A stretch of DNA of 64,000 nucleotides. Origin: an uncultured delta proteobacterium. GTDB lineage: Bacteria; Myxococcota_A; Polyangia; Palsa-1104. Under the pieces are notes generated by a model. That model made no database searches and had not been told where the DNA came from. It saw only the letters and a list, made by a program, of their open reading frames with translations. The stretch's first letter is position 1. Each line of letters begins with the position of its first letter. Position numbers and translations under genes: made by a program. The stretch covers positions 128,001 to 192,000 of the forward strand of contig CAWAWS010000017.1 of assembly GCA_963785725.1 (NCBI GenBank). The letters are read 5' to 3'. This document shows positions 7,686 to 20,204 of the stretch, piece by piece.

Positions 7686-10613
7686 TCACTCGCGGTGGCC
7701 GGCCAGGAACGCCGCGACGTCGGCCGCGGCCTTGGTCTTGCCCGCCGCCGCCAGCTCGTCGTGCGCCTGCGTCGCCAGCGTGCGTGCTCGCGGCTGCGCG
7801 CCCGTCGCCATCAGCGCCTTGGCCAGCGCCACCTCGACGTCGACGCGCATCTCGGTCGGATCGGAGTCGTGCTGGCGCAGCACCAACGCGCGCTCGAGCA
7901 GCCGCGCCGCCTCGCCATTGCGGCCATGACGCAGCTCGAGCTGACCCAAGCGTAAGATCGGCTCCGCCAGATCGGGCGCGTCTTTGGCCAGCGTCTTCTC
8001 GTAGATCGCGATGGCCTTGGTCAGATCGCGGCGCGCTTCGTCGTCGCGGCCGAGCTGCATGAGCGCGTAGCCCATGTTCGTGTACGACACGCCGACGTTC
8101 TCGCTCTCGGCGCCGAAGACGCGCTCGTAGGTCGGCTCGGCCAGCTTCTCCTCGGCCAGCGCTTCGTCGTAGCGGCCGAGGAGGCCAAGCGACTCGGCGA
8201 TGTTCGTGTGCGTCTGCGCGATCTGTAAATGGCCGGGCGGCAGCGACTTCGACAAGAGCGCCAGCACGCGGCGACCGAGCTCGAGCCCGTGCGCGCCGTC
8301 GTGCTGCAGGCTGAAGACGTCGATCTCCTTACGCAGGATGCCCGCCACTTCGGGATGGTCGGGACCGAGCTGCGCTTCGAGGATCGTGCGCGCGCGTTCG
8401 AGCAGCTGCAGTCCGTCTTCGTAGTGCCCTTCGTACTTCAAGACGTCGCCGAGCGTGCGATAGGCGTAGGCGCGATCGAGGTGCTTCTCGGGCAGCCCTT
8501 GCGCCGCCAGCTTTACCGCCTGGCGCGCCGCGCGCTCCGCCTCGGCATAACGGCTCTCGCGGAACCAAATGAGCGCGATCGAAATCCACAAGTCGACCTG
8601 CAGCTCGCCGGCGCCGCCGATGCGCTTGACGCTGGCCTCGGCAAAGCGCATCCACTCGTGCGCCTCGGCGAAGCCGTTCAGATCGACGGTGACGCTGGCG
8701 AGGTGCACGGCGGCGAGGCTCTTGACGTCGTCGTCATGCGACTCCTCGGCGGCGTAGAGCGCGTCGCGCCAGGCGCGGTCGGCGCCGTGATAGTCGCCGG
8801 CTTTGAAGCGCAGCTGGCCGAGCAGCTCGAGCGCTTCGGCGGCGAGCGGGCGATAGCCGATGGTGGCCGCGACCGGCGGCACCTCCTCGGCGAGCGCCAG
8901 GCCTTGCGCGTATTGTCCGGCGGCGAGGCGCGCCCGCGCGCTGGCCAGACGCGTGCGTTCGCCGGCGATTTCCGCGCGCAGCTTGGGATCGGCCGGCTCC
9001 GGCGTCACCTCGGTCAACGCCTGCACGTCGGCGCACGACGACACCGGCGGCAGCGCCTGCACGGCTTGGACGGCGCGCTCGACCGTGTTGTCGTCGGCGG
9101 TCGTGAACAGCCGCGCCAGCGCGTTCAATTCCTGGCGTCGCTGATCGAGACAGGCCATGCGCAGCGCCATCACCGACTCGGTCTGCTCACCGCGCAGCCG
9201 CGTCGCCTCGCACGTGTCGCCGTACATCGCGACGAAGGCGTTGGCGTAGTCGTCGAGCCCGCGCGTCGTGGCCTCGGCGACCTTGGCGGCGTAGGGCTTG
9301 CCGCTCTTGGCGAAGGCCGCTTGCAACGCCAGCCGCTGCGTGTCGTCCCAGACGCCGGCCAGCCGCTGCGCGCCGCCCGAGCAGACCCGCGTGCCGCGCG
9401 CGCCCCATTGCTGCGCGCCGACGACGAGCGCCGCCGCGGCCGCGACGAGGCCGGCGCCGGCGAGCCAACGACGGCGGCGCCGCGCCGGATCGCGCGCCAG
9501 CTCGGCGAGCAGCGCGTCCATCGACGGCCAGCGCGCCACCGGATCGACGCTCAAGCCGCGTAAGAGAATGCGGCGCACCCACGCCGGCACTTTGGTGTCG
9601 GCGGGCGCGTCGCGAATACGGCCGTCGAGGACGCTCTGGATGACCTCGTCCGACGACAAGCCGGGGAAGGCGCGAAAGCCGTACAGCGCCTCGAACAGCG
9701 ACGCGCAGAAGCTGAACTGATCGGCGCGCTCGTCGGTGTGGCCGCCGCGGCACTGCTCGGGCGGCATGTAGCCGGGCGTGCCCATCATCGTGCCGGCGCG
9801 CGTCAGCGCCGCGTCGAGCGAGTGGGCGCCGCTCTCTTCGGGCAGCGGCGCATCCTCGTCCGCTTCATCGGCGTCATCGTCTTCGTCGGCAGCGGCGTCG
9901 TCGGCGGTGGCTTCCGGCAGCGGCTCTTGCGAGGTCGACGATCGGGCCAGCCCGAAGTCGGTGACGCGGGCGCGGCCGTCGGCGCCGATGAGCACGTTCT
10001 CGGGCTTGAAGTCGCGATGGACGAGCCCGGCGGCGTGCGCGGCGGCGAGGCCGCGGCCGGCGTCGAGGAAAACATCGAGCACCTCGCGCCCGGTCGGCTG
10101 CTGCGTGCGCAGCCAGGCCTTGAGCGTGCCGCCTTCGACCAGCTCCATCGCCAAGAACACGCGCTTGCCGAACGTGCCTACGTCGTGGACGGCGATGACG
10201 TTGGGATGCGCCAGCCGCGCCATCGCCTGCGCCTCGCGCAACATCCGCGCGCGATATTGCCGCTGGTTACGCCCGAGATCGTCGCGCAGCAGCTTGAGCG
10301 CCAATTTGCGATCGAGCTGCGGATCGTAGGCGGCGTAGACCTTGCCCATGCCGCCCGTGCCCAGCCGCTCGAGGACGAGGTAGCGGCCGACGGTCGTGCC
10401 GCGCGCCAAGTCGTCGCCGCCGCTCAAGCGGATGCTGCGCGCCTCTTTCGCGCCCGCTGCGCCGGCGCTGCCGATGGCCGTCGCCGACGACCAGCCGACG
10501 CGCAGGCGGCAGGCCTCGCAGTCGGCCAAGTGGGCTTCGAGCAGGGTGGCGCGATCGCGATCGAGATGGCCGGCGGCGAACGCCTCCCACTCGCCCTCGG
10601 TCAGACACGCCAC
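7686..10613 (-). CDS. Ser/Thr protein kinase with N-terminal zf-HC2-like motif, transmembrane segment and C-terminal TPR repeats
   Basis: GTG start at 10613. HLADCEAC, LGTGGMGKVY, ALKLL, HRDFKPEN, DFG and GTPGYMPPE motifs; hydrophobic WLAGAGLVAAAAALVVG; kinesin-light-chain-type TPRs (LGPDHPEVA). Confidence 0.9.
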   Translation of the reverse strand: MACLTEGEWEAFAAGHLDRDRATLLEAHLADCEACRLRVGWSSATAIGSAGAAGAKEARSIRLSGGDDLARGTTVGRYLVLERLGTGGMGKVYAAYDPQLDRKLALKLLRDDLGRNQRQYRARMLREAQAMARLAHPNVIAVHDVGTFGKRVFLAMELVEGGTLKAWLRTQQPTGREVLDVFLDAGRGLAAAHAAGLVHRDFKPENVLIGADGRARVTDFGLARSSTSQEPLPEATADDAAADEDDDADEADEDAPLPEESGAHSLDAALTRAGTMMGTPGYMPPEQCRGGHTDERADQFSFCASLFEALYGFRAFPGLSSDEVIQSVLDGRIRDAPADTKVPAWVRRILLRGLSVDPVARWPSMDALLAELARDPARRRRRWLAGAGLVAAAAALVVGAQQWGARGTRVCSGGAQRLAGVWDDTQRLALQAAFAKSGKPYAAKVAEATTRGLDDYANAFVAMYGDTCEATRLRGEQTESVMALRMACLDQRRQELNALARLFTTADDNTVERAVQAVQALPPVSSCADVQALTEVTPEPADPKLRAEIAGERTRLASARARLAAGQYAQGLALAEEVPPVAATIGYRPLAAEALELLGQLRFKAGDYHGADRAWRDALYAAEESHDDDVKSLAAVHLASVTVDLNGFAEAHEWMRFAEASVKRIGGAGELQVDLWISIALIWFRESRYAEAERAARQAVKLAAQGLPEKHLDRAYAYRTLGDVLKYEGHYEDGLQLLERARTILEAQLGPDHPEVAGILRKEIDVFSLQHDGAHGLELGRRVLALLSKSLPPGHLQIAQTHTNIAESLGLLGRYDEALAEEKLAEPTYERVFGAESENVGVSYTNMGYALMQLGRDDEARRDLTKAIAIYEKTLAKDAPDLAEPILRLGQLELRHGRNGEAARLLERALVLRQHDSDPTEMRVDVEVALAKALMATGAQPRARTLATQAHDELAAAGKTKAAADVAAFLAGHRE

Positions 10614-10663
10614 GGCTGAGATTTTATCACGACTGCGGCCGCAAGACCGCGAATGCGAGCCGC

Positions 10664-12296
10664 TTAGGGCGCGGCGCGCATGCCCGGCGCTTCGTGGCCG
10701 GTCGCGGCCACATACTCGTCGTACGGTCCGCCGTAGACGTGCGGCGCCACGCCCGGCGCCAGCTCGATCACCCGCGTCGCCAGCGCGCGCAAGAACGAGC
10801 GATCGTGCGACACGAACACGATCGTGCCGTCGTACGCCGCCAGCGCCTTCACGAGCGAGCGCTTGGTCGCGATGTCGAGATGGTTCGTGGGCTCGTCGAG
10901 CACCAGCAAGTTGGGCGCGTCGAACAAGATCTTGGCCAGCGCCAGCCGCGCCTTTTCGCCGCCCGACAAGACGCGGATCGGCTTCTCGACGTCGTCGCCC
11001 GCGAAGCCGAACGCGCCCGCCAAGTTGCGAATGACGCCGAGGCCCGTCGTCGGCGCGTGCGCTTGCAGCTCCTCTTGCACGTTGCGCGTCGCGTCGAGCT
11101 GCTCCATCTGATGCTGCGCGAAGTAGCCCATCGTCACCGACGCGCCCAGGCTGACGTCGCCGCCGTCCGGTTGCAGCGCGCCGGCCATCATCTTGAGCAG
11201 CGTCGTCTTGCCGGCGCCGTTGGCGCCCATGACCGCCCAGCGCTCGCCGCGACGCATCAACAAGCTCGAGATCGTCGTGCACTTTGCGCGCGCCGTAGTG
11301 CTTGCACAGGTGCTCGACCTTGATGACGTCGTCGCCCGAGCGCGGCGGCTTGCGGAACTCGAAGTGGCTGCTCGACGAGACGGCGCGGCGGCTTCGATGC
11401 GCTCGATCTTGTCGAGCTTCTTGATGCGCGCTCTGCACCTGCGACGCCTTGGCCGCCTGCGCGCGGAAGCGCTCGACGAAGCGCATCTCCTTGGCCAGCA
11501 TCGACTGCTGCCGCTCGATACTCCGCCTCGCGCTGCTCGGCCTCGACGGCGCGCGCCGCCTCGTAGAAGTCGTAGTCGCCGGTGTAGCTGCGCACCTGGC
11601 CGCCGTCGATCTCGACGATCTTGGCGACGACGCGGTTCATGACGTCGCGATCGTGGCAGGTCATGATGACGGCGCCGGCGTAATCGCGCAGCAACTGCTC
11701 GAGCCACAAGATCGACTCGAGATCGAGATAGTTGGTCGGCTCGTCGAGGAGGAGCGCGTCGGGCGCCAACAGCAGAATGCGCGCCAGCGCCACGCGCATC
11801 TTCCAGCCGCCCGACAGCTTGCCGACGTCGCCGGCGATCTGATCTTGCGACAGGCCGAGGCCGGCCAGGATTTCGTGCGCGCGCGCTTCGATCTCGTAGC
11901 CGCCGAGCTCTTGATAGCGCGCCTGCACCTCGCCGAAGCGCTCGACGACCTTGTCGAGATCGTCGCCGGCGTCGGCCATCGTGCGCTTCCGAGCGCGACC
12001 AGCTCCTCGCCGAGTGTCGCCACTTCGCCGGCGCCGGCGATGGTCTCGGCGAGCACGGAGCGGCCCTTCAAGTCGCCGACGTCTTGGCGGAAGTAGCCGA
12101 GCGTCATCTTCTTCGGCCGCTCGACGCGACCTTCGTCGGGCACTTCATCGCCGACGATGAGGCGAAAGATCGTGGTCTTGCCGGCGCCGTTCGGTCCGAC
12201 GAGCCCGACTTTCTCGCCAGGGTTGATCTGGAAGTTGGCGTCGACGAACAGGATCTGGCCGCCGTATTGCTTGGTGACGTTGGCGAACGAGATCAT
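10664..12296 (-). CDS. ABC-F family ATP-binding protein; about 7 single-base insertions between ~11260 and ~11990
   Basis: Two ABC domains spread over several frames (GPNGAGKT...LSGGWKMR...LLLDEPTNYLD and GANGAGKT...LSGGEKAR...VLDEPTNHLD) with no membrane domain. Confidence 0.85.
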
Positions 12297-12404
12297 GGGC
12301 GGCAGTCTTCTAGCACGCTCTGACGCGCCGCGCATGCCGACAATTGCGTGGCGCGCAGCCGGCAATTCGCGCGTCGGGCTCAGCCGATGTACGCTCGCGA
12401 ACCG

Positions 12405-13967
12405 ATGGCCGAGCCGATTCCGCCAGCGCCGACGCCGTTACGGGTCGGCATTCCCAAGGAAATCGTCGCGCTCGAGAAGCGTGTGGCGGCGACACCGTCG
12501 AGCGTGGCGCGCATTCGCAAGCTCGGCTTCGACGTGCTCATCGAGAGCGGCGCCGGCGAAGCGGCGAGCTATCTCGACTCGGCCTATGCCGAAGCGGGCG
12601 CGCAGATCGTCGACGCGAACGCGCTTTATGCCGCCGCCGACATCGTCTGCAAAGTGCGCGCGCCCGAGCCGGCGGAGGTCGAGCGCCTCAAGTCGGGCGC
12701 GACGCTGATCTCGTTCATTTGGCCGGCGCAGCAGCGCGAGCTGCTCGAGCGGCTGCAGGCGCGCAAGCTGACGGTGCTGGCGATGGATGCCGTGCCACGC
12801 GTCACGCGGGCGCAGCGAATGGACGCGCTGTCGGCGATGGCGAACCTGGCCGGCTATCGCGGCGTCATCGAAGCGGCGCATCACTTCGGGCGACCGCTGG
12901 GCGCGCAGACGACGGCGGCCGGGCGCATCAAGCCGGCGCGCGTGCTCGTCGTCGGCGCCGGCGTCGCCGGCTTGGCGGCGATCGCGGCGGCGCGCTCGCT
13001 CGGCGCCATCGTCAGCGCGTTCGACACGCGACCGGCCGTGCGCGAGCAGGTGCAGTCGCTGGGCGCGACGTTCTTGCCGTTCGAATGGAAAGGCGAGACC
13101 GGCGAAGGCGCCGGCGGCTATGCGCGGCAAATGTCGGACGCGTATTTGGAAGCCGAGCAGACGTTCATCGCGCAGCACGCCAAGCAGTCGGATCTCATCA
13201 TCACGACGGCGCTCGTGCCGGGCGTGGCGGCGCCGAAGCTGTTGACCTCGGGCGCGGTCGTGTCGATGGCGCGCGGCTCGGTCATCGTCGATTTGGCGGC
13301 GGAGCAGGGCGGCAACTGCGCGCTCACCGAGCCCAATCGCGCCGTCGAGAAGTTCGGCGTCTGCATCGTCGGCTACACGGATCTGACGAGCCGCATGGCG
13401 CAGCAGGCGAGCGAGCTCTACGCGGCGACGGTGACGACGCTGCTCGAGCTCATCGTCAAAGACGCGGCGGTGACGATCGACTACGAGGACGAAGTGCAGC
13501 GCGGCGCGCTCGTCCTGCACGAAGGCAAGATCACCTGGCCGCCGCCGAAGCCGAGCATTCGCGGCGGCGCGCCGGCGCCGACGGTCGCGCCGCCACCGAC
13601 GATCGAGACGCCGCCGCCGTCGCCGTGGCCGCTGCGCGTCGCGTTGACCTTGGCGTTGCCGCTCTTGATCCTGCTGGCGCTGTTCGGCTCGCCGTCGCTG
13701 CTGGAGCATTTGACGGTGTTCCTGCTCGCCTGCGTCGTCGGCTGGCACGTCATCTGGAACGTCACGCCGGCCTTACACACGCCGCTCATGAGCGTCACCA
13801 ACGCCATCTCCGGCATCATCCTCATCGGCGGCTTGCTGCTCGGCCGCGGTCGCGCCTTGACGACGACGTCGGCCATCGGCGCCGTCGCCGTGTTGCTCGC
13901 CTCCATCAACGTCGCCGGCGGCTTCCGCGTCACCGCGCGCATGCTCAAAATGTTTCGGCGGCCCTAA
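12405..13967 (+). CDS. pntA: NAD(P)+ transhydrogenase subunit alpha
   Basis: [38 protein letters not shown] and membrane-domain [18 protein letters not shown]. The exact start (12387 or 12405) is uncertain. Confidence 0.95.
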   Translation: MAEPIPPAPTPLRVGIPKEIVALEKRVAATPSSVARIRKLGFDVLIESGAGEAASYLDSAYAEAGAQIVDANALYAAADIVCKVRAPEPAEVERLKSGATLISFIWPAQQRELLERLQARKLTVLAMDAVPRVTRAQRMDALSAMANLAGYRGVIEAAHHFGRPLGAQTTAAGRIKPARVLVVGAGVAGLAAIAAARSLGAIVSAFDTRPAVREQVQSLGATFLPFEWKGETGEGAGGYARQMSDAYLEAEQTFIAQHAKQSDLIITTALVPGVAAPKLLTSGAVVSMARGSVIVDLAAEQGGNCALTEPNRAVEKFGVCIVGYTDLTSRMAQQASELYAATVTTLLELIVKDAAVTIDYEDEVQRGALVLHEGKITWPPPKPSIRGGAPAPTVAPPPTIETPPPSPWPLRVALTLALPLLILLALFGSPSLLEHLTVFLLACVVGWHVIWNVTPALHTPLMSVTNAISGIILIGGLLLGRGRALTTTSAIGAVAVLLASINVAGGFRVTARMLKMFRRP

Positions 13968-15386
<1,419 letters not shown>

Positions 15387-15484
15387 GCTAGCCGGCTTCC
15401 GCTCGGCTCGTCGAAGTTTCGCGTCGCGCCGGTGATCCAGATCGCCGGTGCCTACACCCGCGTCGTGCTACGCGCTGCGACACC

Positions 15485-16429
15485 GTGCTCACGACCCTCT
15501 TGTTCGCTACTGCCTTTGCGCTGCCGCCGACCGGCAACCTCGTGCACCTCGACCTGCAGCTCGAGGGCTGGGTCGGCTACGACGGCATCGGCTATCACGA
15601 CGCCGTCACGCTGCCGACGGGGCTCGTGTCGCCGTCGCTGCGCACCGTCTACGGCGGCGGCGAGGTGGACGCCACCTTCTACCTGCATCCGCTCCACGAC
15701 GACGACGCGCCACCTCCGTATCAGGCGTTCTTGCAGCGGGCGGCGGCGGTGGCGCTGACGGTCGGCGGCAGCGGCGGCAGCGGCTTTTACGTCGGCCCGC
15801 AGCCCGACGGTCAAGTCGAGGGCCAGCGCCGCCATTGGTCCTTCGCCAGCGCGTCGATCGGCGGCTATCCCTTGTCGTGGCTCCATCTGGCCACCGGGCT
15901 CAACGTGCGCGACGACTACAACGGCTACGACCTCAACGTCAGCCAGACGCTCAACCTGACGCCGTGGGCCAGCGCCGGCATCCGCTTCCACGACGCGCTG
16001 TTGTCCGTTGGCTATCAGGTGACGGCCACCAAAACGCAATACCAAGGCTCGAGCGATCAGCCCTCGATCGACTTTCACGTGCCGTTCGCCGGCGCGGTCT
16101 ATTTTCAAGGCAGCGTCCTCATCGCCCGTCGCTCCGAGCTCGATCTGTCGGTGACCCTGACCGAGCATGGCGCGCAGGCGAGCGGATCGGGGTCGGTCTA
16201 CTTCGGCCGCCGCTTCGCGGTCGACCTCGGCGTCAGCGGCGGCTCGACGCGCCAGAACGACGCCGCCGACGCCGTGGTCAACGCGGGCGCCTCGGTCGGT
16301 TTCACCTGGTGGGTCATGTCGCGCGCGGGCGCCCACGTCAGCTACCAGGGCACCTGGTGGAATCACAACGACGGCGCGATCGAGCAGGAGCACGTCGTCC
16401 TCTTGGCGCTGCGCACGCGCCCGTACTGA
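15485..16429 (+). CDS. Hypothetical protein, probable outer-membrane beta-barrel
   Basis: Short signal-like N-terminus, alternating Gly/aromatic beta-strand pattern and a C-terminal Tyr. Confidence 0.55.
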   Translation: MLTTLLFATAFALPPTGNLVHLDLQLEGWVGYDGIGYHDAVTLPTGLVSPSLRTVYGGGEVDATFYLHPLHDDDAPPPYQAFLQRAAAVALTVGGSGGSGFYVGPQPDGQVEGQRRHWSFASASIGGYPLSWLHLATGLNVRDDYNGYDLNVSQTLNLTPWASAGIRFHDALLSVGYQVTATKTQYQGSSDQPSIDFHVPFAGAVYFQGSVLIARRSELDLSVTLTEHGAQASGSGSVYFGRRFAVDLGVSGGSTRQNDAADAVVNAGASVGFTWWVMSRAGAHVSYQGTWWNHNDGAIEQEHVVLLALRTRPY

Positions 16430-16431
16430 GG

Positions 16432-17787
16432 TCAGGGATCCCAGCGTTCGAGGCCGTCGCCGACCGCGACCGCGTGGCCGGGCGGCAAGAGCCGGCGCGC
16501 ATTGGCCGGCGTGATGCCGAATTGCACCAGCTCCTTCCAGCCGGCGGGATCGCCGTCGTCGACGAGGCGCGCCAAGTAGACGCGATGGCCGGCGGCGCGC
16601 GCCTCCGCGACGGCGTCCGCGATCGCTTGCGGTAGCGCGGCGGCACCGTACGCGCCGGCATCATAAATGAGCGGCAGCGGTGTGACGCCCGAGCGATCGT
16701 AGAAGCCGAGGTATTCGTCCCAGCCGTGGCCGGGGCCGATGACGAGATCGCCGGGCGCGAGATGCCCGGCGGCAGCGACCGCACGATCGCGAAAGCGGGC
16801 GTCGCGCGCCGCCGGCAGCCACAGGGCGACGTTGGCGGCGGCGATGAGCGCGGCCAGCACGACGGCCCGGCGCGGTCGCGCCGCCGCCGCCAGCCACGCG
16901 AGCGGCAAGAGAAACGTCCAGCGCTCGGCGTCCGACCCGAAGAAGCGCACGGCGACGAGCGCATACGGCACGACCCACGCCGCGACGACCGTGCGCGGCA
17001 GCGGCCGGCGCATGCACGTCGCCAGCGCCACGGCCGCGGCCAGCCCGACGGCGAAGGCGACGGCCACCCGCAGCGACGAGGCTTCGTAGGGATAAGGCGC
17101 GTACACCAACGCCTTGCACGCACCATAAATGGCGACACCGGGCGTGTACCAATGCAGCGGATAGCCGAGGCCGTGCGACGCGCCGAACAGCCAGTGGATC
17201 CCTTTATGCGCAATCAGCTGGCCGTAGATCGCGGCCACGGGCAGCGCCGCCGCGGCAACGAAGCGGCTGCGCGCGCGACCGTCCGGCAACAGCAGCAAGA
17301 GCGGCAGCCCAAAGAGCACGTTCTCGACGTGAAACAGCGCCGCCGCCGCGACGGCAAAGCCGGCGGCGACGGGCCGTTCGGCGTCCGCGAAGGAGAGCGC
17401 GAGCGTCAGCGCCGCCAGCGCCGGCGCGTAGGTCTCGACGTCGCTGCCGGCGGCGAGCGCGCCCCACGACGCCAACAAACCGGCCGTCGCCGCCGTGGCC
17501 GCGCCGTCGCCGAAGCGGCGTCGCGCCGTCGCCGCCAGGGCCAATGCCGCCGTCGCTGCCGAGGCAGCCGAGCAGAGGCGCGCCGGCCACAACAGCGCGA
17601 TCGGCCGAGTCGCGTGCGTCAGCTTCGCCAGCAGCGCCAATAGCGGCACATAGGCGACATGTCCGGGATAGAGCGATCCCGTCATGGCGGCTTTCAGGTA
17701 GCCCAGCCCGTCGCCGTTGACGACGACCGGAGCCATCGCCAAGTAGCAGCCGAAGCCTACGAGGGCGAGGACAAAGCTGGGTACCAT
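16432..17787 (-). CDS. Polytopic membrane protein, possibly a GT-C-type glycosyltransferase
   Basis: Starts at MVPSFVLALV. About 10 hydrophobic segments, an early loop motif NGDGLGY...PGHVAY and a later DVETYA. Confidence 0.6.
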   Translation of the reverse strand: MVPSFVLALVGFGCYLAMAPVVVNGDGLGYLKAAMTGSLYPGHVAYVPLLALLAKLTHATRPIALLWPARLCSAASAATAALALAATARRRFGDGAATAATAGLLASWGALAAGSDVETYAPALAALTLALSFADAERPVAAGFAVAAAALFHVENVLFGLPLLLLLPDGRARSRFVAAAALPVAAIYGQLIAHKGIHWLFGASHGLGYPLHWYTPGVAIYGACKALVYAPYPYEASSLRVAVAFAVGLAAAVALATCMRRPLPRTVVAAWVVPYALVAVRFFGSDAERWTFLLPLAWLAAAARPRRAVVLAALIAAANVALWLPAARDARFRDRAVAAAGHLAPGDLVIGPGHGWDEYLGFYDRSGVTPLPLIYDAGAYGAAALPQAIADAVAEARAAGHRVYLARLVDDGDPAGWKELVQFGITPANARRLLPPGHAVAVGDGLERWDP

Positions 17788-17820
17788 TGGCGCGCAGCAG
17801 CGTATGCTATATTGCCGCGC

Positions 17821-18744
17821 GTGCGAACTGGCCTTGTCACCGACGAGCGCTTCCGCGACCACGTGGCGCCGCGCGAGCATCCGGAGCGTCCGGAGCGGCT
17901 CGTGGCCATCGAGCGCGCGCTCACCGAGGCTGGGCTGGTCGCACGCTGCCGCCGCATTGCCGCGCGGCCAGCGACGCGCGCCGAGCTCGCCGTCGTGCAC
18001 ACGGCCGACTATTTGGACGCACTGGAAGCGACGGTCGCCAAAGGCGGCACCGGCTTCCTCGATCCCGACACGTTCTTCTCCGACGGCACGTGGACGGCGA
18101 CGCTGCTCGCGGCCGGCGGCGTGCTCGACTTGGCGCGCCTCGTGGCCACGGGCGAGCTCGACAACGGCGCGGCCTTCGTGCGTCCGCCCGGCCATCACGC
18201 GACGGCCGATCGCGCCATGGGCTTCTGCCTCGTGAACCACGTCGCCGTCGCCGCCGCGCACCTGCGCGCCATGGGCAAGCGCGTCGCCATCTTCGACTGG
18301 GACGTGCACCACGGCAACGGCACCGAGGCCATCTTCGACGAGGAGCCCGAGGTCCTCTATTTGTCGACGCACGAGTGGCCGCAATATCCCGGCACCGGCC
18401 CCGCCGAGCACACCGGTCGCGGCCGCGGCCTCGGCGCCACCGTCAACGTGCCTTTGCCGCCCGGCACCGACGCCGACGCTTATTTGGCGGCCTATCGCGC
18501 GCGCATTCGGCCGGCCCTCGTCGAGTTCGCCCCCGACGTCATCCTCGTCTCGGCCGGCTACGACGCGCACCGCGACGATCCGCTCGGGGGCCTGCAGCTC
18601 GACGACGACACCTACGCCGTCATGACCCGCGATCTGTTGACCATCCAGCCGCGCCTGTGCGCGATCTTGGAGGGCGGCTACGACCTCGGCGCCATCGCCC
18701 GCTCGTCGGTGCGCACGCTGCAAACATTATTGGGAGCGCCGTGA
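17821..18744 (+). CDS. Histone deacetylase family (Zn-dependent) protein
   Basis: HPERPERL, RPPGHHA, MGFC, DWDVHHGNGT, SAGYDAH and LEGGY motifs. Confidence 0.95.
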   Translation: MRTGLVTDERFRDHVAPREHPERPERLVAIERALTEAGLVARCRRIAARPATRAELAVVHTADYLDALEATVAKGGTGFLDPDTFFSDGTWTATLLAAGGVLDLARLVATGELDNGAAFVRPPGHHATADRAMGFCLVNHVAVAAAHLRAMGKRVAIFDWDVHHGNGTEAIFDEEPEVLYLSTHEWPQYPGTGPAEHTGRGRGLGATVNVPLPPGTDADAYLAAYRARIRPALVEFAPDVILVSAGYDAHRDDPLGGLQLDDDTYAVMTRDLLTIQPRLCAILEGGYDLGAIARSSVRTLQTLLGAP

Positions 18745-20095
18745 CCCGACCGCGCGCCAGCGGCGAGCGCTACGGCGACTTCGAGCTCATTCGCTACCTG
18801 ACCGCAGGCGGCATGGCCGACCTATGGCTGGCGCGCAGCGCGCGTTACGCCGGCGATCTCGTCATCAAGAAGATCCAGCCGCGCTACGTCGAGATGACGC
18901 GCGTCGTGAAGATGTTCATCGACGAAGGGCGGATCGCGCAGGCGCTGAGCCATCCCAACGTCGTCCGCGTCATCGACGTCGGCCATCACGAAGGCACCTA
19001 CTTCATCGCGATGGAGTACATCCCCGGCCGCGATCTGCTGGCGATCTGTCGTCGCGGCGTCGAGGTCGGCAACTTCCTGCCGCGCCACCTCGCCGTCGCC
19101 ATCTTGGCGCAAGCGACGCGCGGGCTCGTCTACGCGCACGAGAAGACCGACGAGAACGGCGAGTCCTTGCGCGTCGTTCACTGCGACATTTCGCCGGGCA
19201 ACATCGTCGTCGGCTGGGGCGGCACGGTGAAGCTCGTCGACTTCGGCATCGCGCGCGCCACCATCATGCTGCGCGCCGAGGATCACAGCGTCGCCGGCAA
19301 GTACAACTACATGGCGCCCGAGCAGATCCGCGGCGATGGCATCGACGCCCGCGCCGATCTCTTCGCCATGGGCATCATCTTGTACGAGCTGACCGTCGGT
19401 AAACGGCTGTTTCGCGGCCGTCCCGAGCAGGTCATGCGCCTCGTGCTCGAAGAGCCGATCCCGCTGCCGACGACCTTGCGGCCCGATTATCCGCCGGCGC
19501 TGGAGGCGATCGTCATGCGGGCGTTGGCGCGCGATCCGGCCGAGCGGCAGCAGTCGGCGCGCCAGCTCTACGCCGAGCTCGCCGGCTGGCTGCAAGAGAC
19601 CGGCGAAGCGCACGACAAGCGGCCCATCGCCGAATACCTGCGCGCCATCTTCGGCCGCGGCGCCAAGAAGCAGCGCGACGCCGACGAATTCTCCGACGGC
19701 AGCGACGACGACGAGCTGATCCTGGAAGAGGCGCTGCCGGCGGTGGACGAGCCGCTCGTCGTCGACGCCGAGGATCCGCCCGACGAGCTGCGCCGCCGCC
19801 GCCGCAAGCGGTGCGTCTCGAGCCGATCATCACCAGCAACGTGCTGTCGATCCACGAGCAGATTACGGCGCCGATCGACACCGAAGCCGCGACCGGCCCG
19901 GTCGTGCGCGCCGACCGCGGCGATGTGGCCGAGGTGCGCGCCGACGATCCGCTGCCGCTCGACGAGCCGCCGACCGTGCGCATGCGCGCCGACGACACGA
20001 AGAAGAAGATCGTCCTCGCCGCCGACGGCGCACCCGCCGCGCAGCGCCGCCAGCCGTGGTGGCGCCGCTTCCTCGCCTTCTTCAGCCGTCGCTGA
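18741..20095 (+). CDS. Ser/Thr protein kinase (non-RD, HCD motif) with acidic C-terminal tail; frameshift near 19800
   Basis: GTG start overlaps the HDAC stop (GTGA). GGMADLW, VIKKI, MFIDEGR, HCDISPGN, DFG and GKYNYMAPE motifs. The tail continues in ORF 19811..20095. Confidence 0.85.
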
Positions 20096-20204
20096 CGCCG
20101 CCATCGCGCGTCGCCCGCGCCGGCGAGTTTCGCGGCCTGCCGGCGACCCAGACGCGCCAATCGCCCGCCAGGCCGCCGGCCGCGCAAATTCCGCATCGCG
20201 AGTT

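Noticed and set aside
7686..11501. 1271-aa ORF suggesting an ABC-F/kinase fusion
   Set aside because: An open-frame run-through. The ABC-F ends at 10664 in another frame, and the kinase has its own -10 and GTG at 10613.
19399..19414. GTAAAC-GGCT-GTTTCG as a third copy of the convergent-junction palindrome
   Set aside because: Imperfect, inside the kinase CDS, and explained by the codons for GKRLF.
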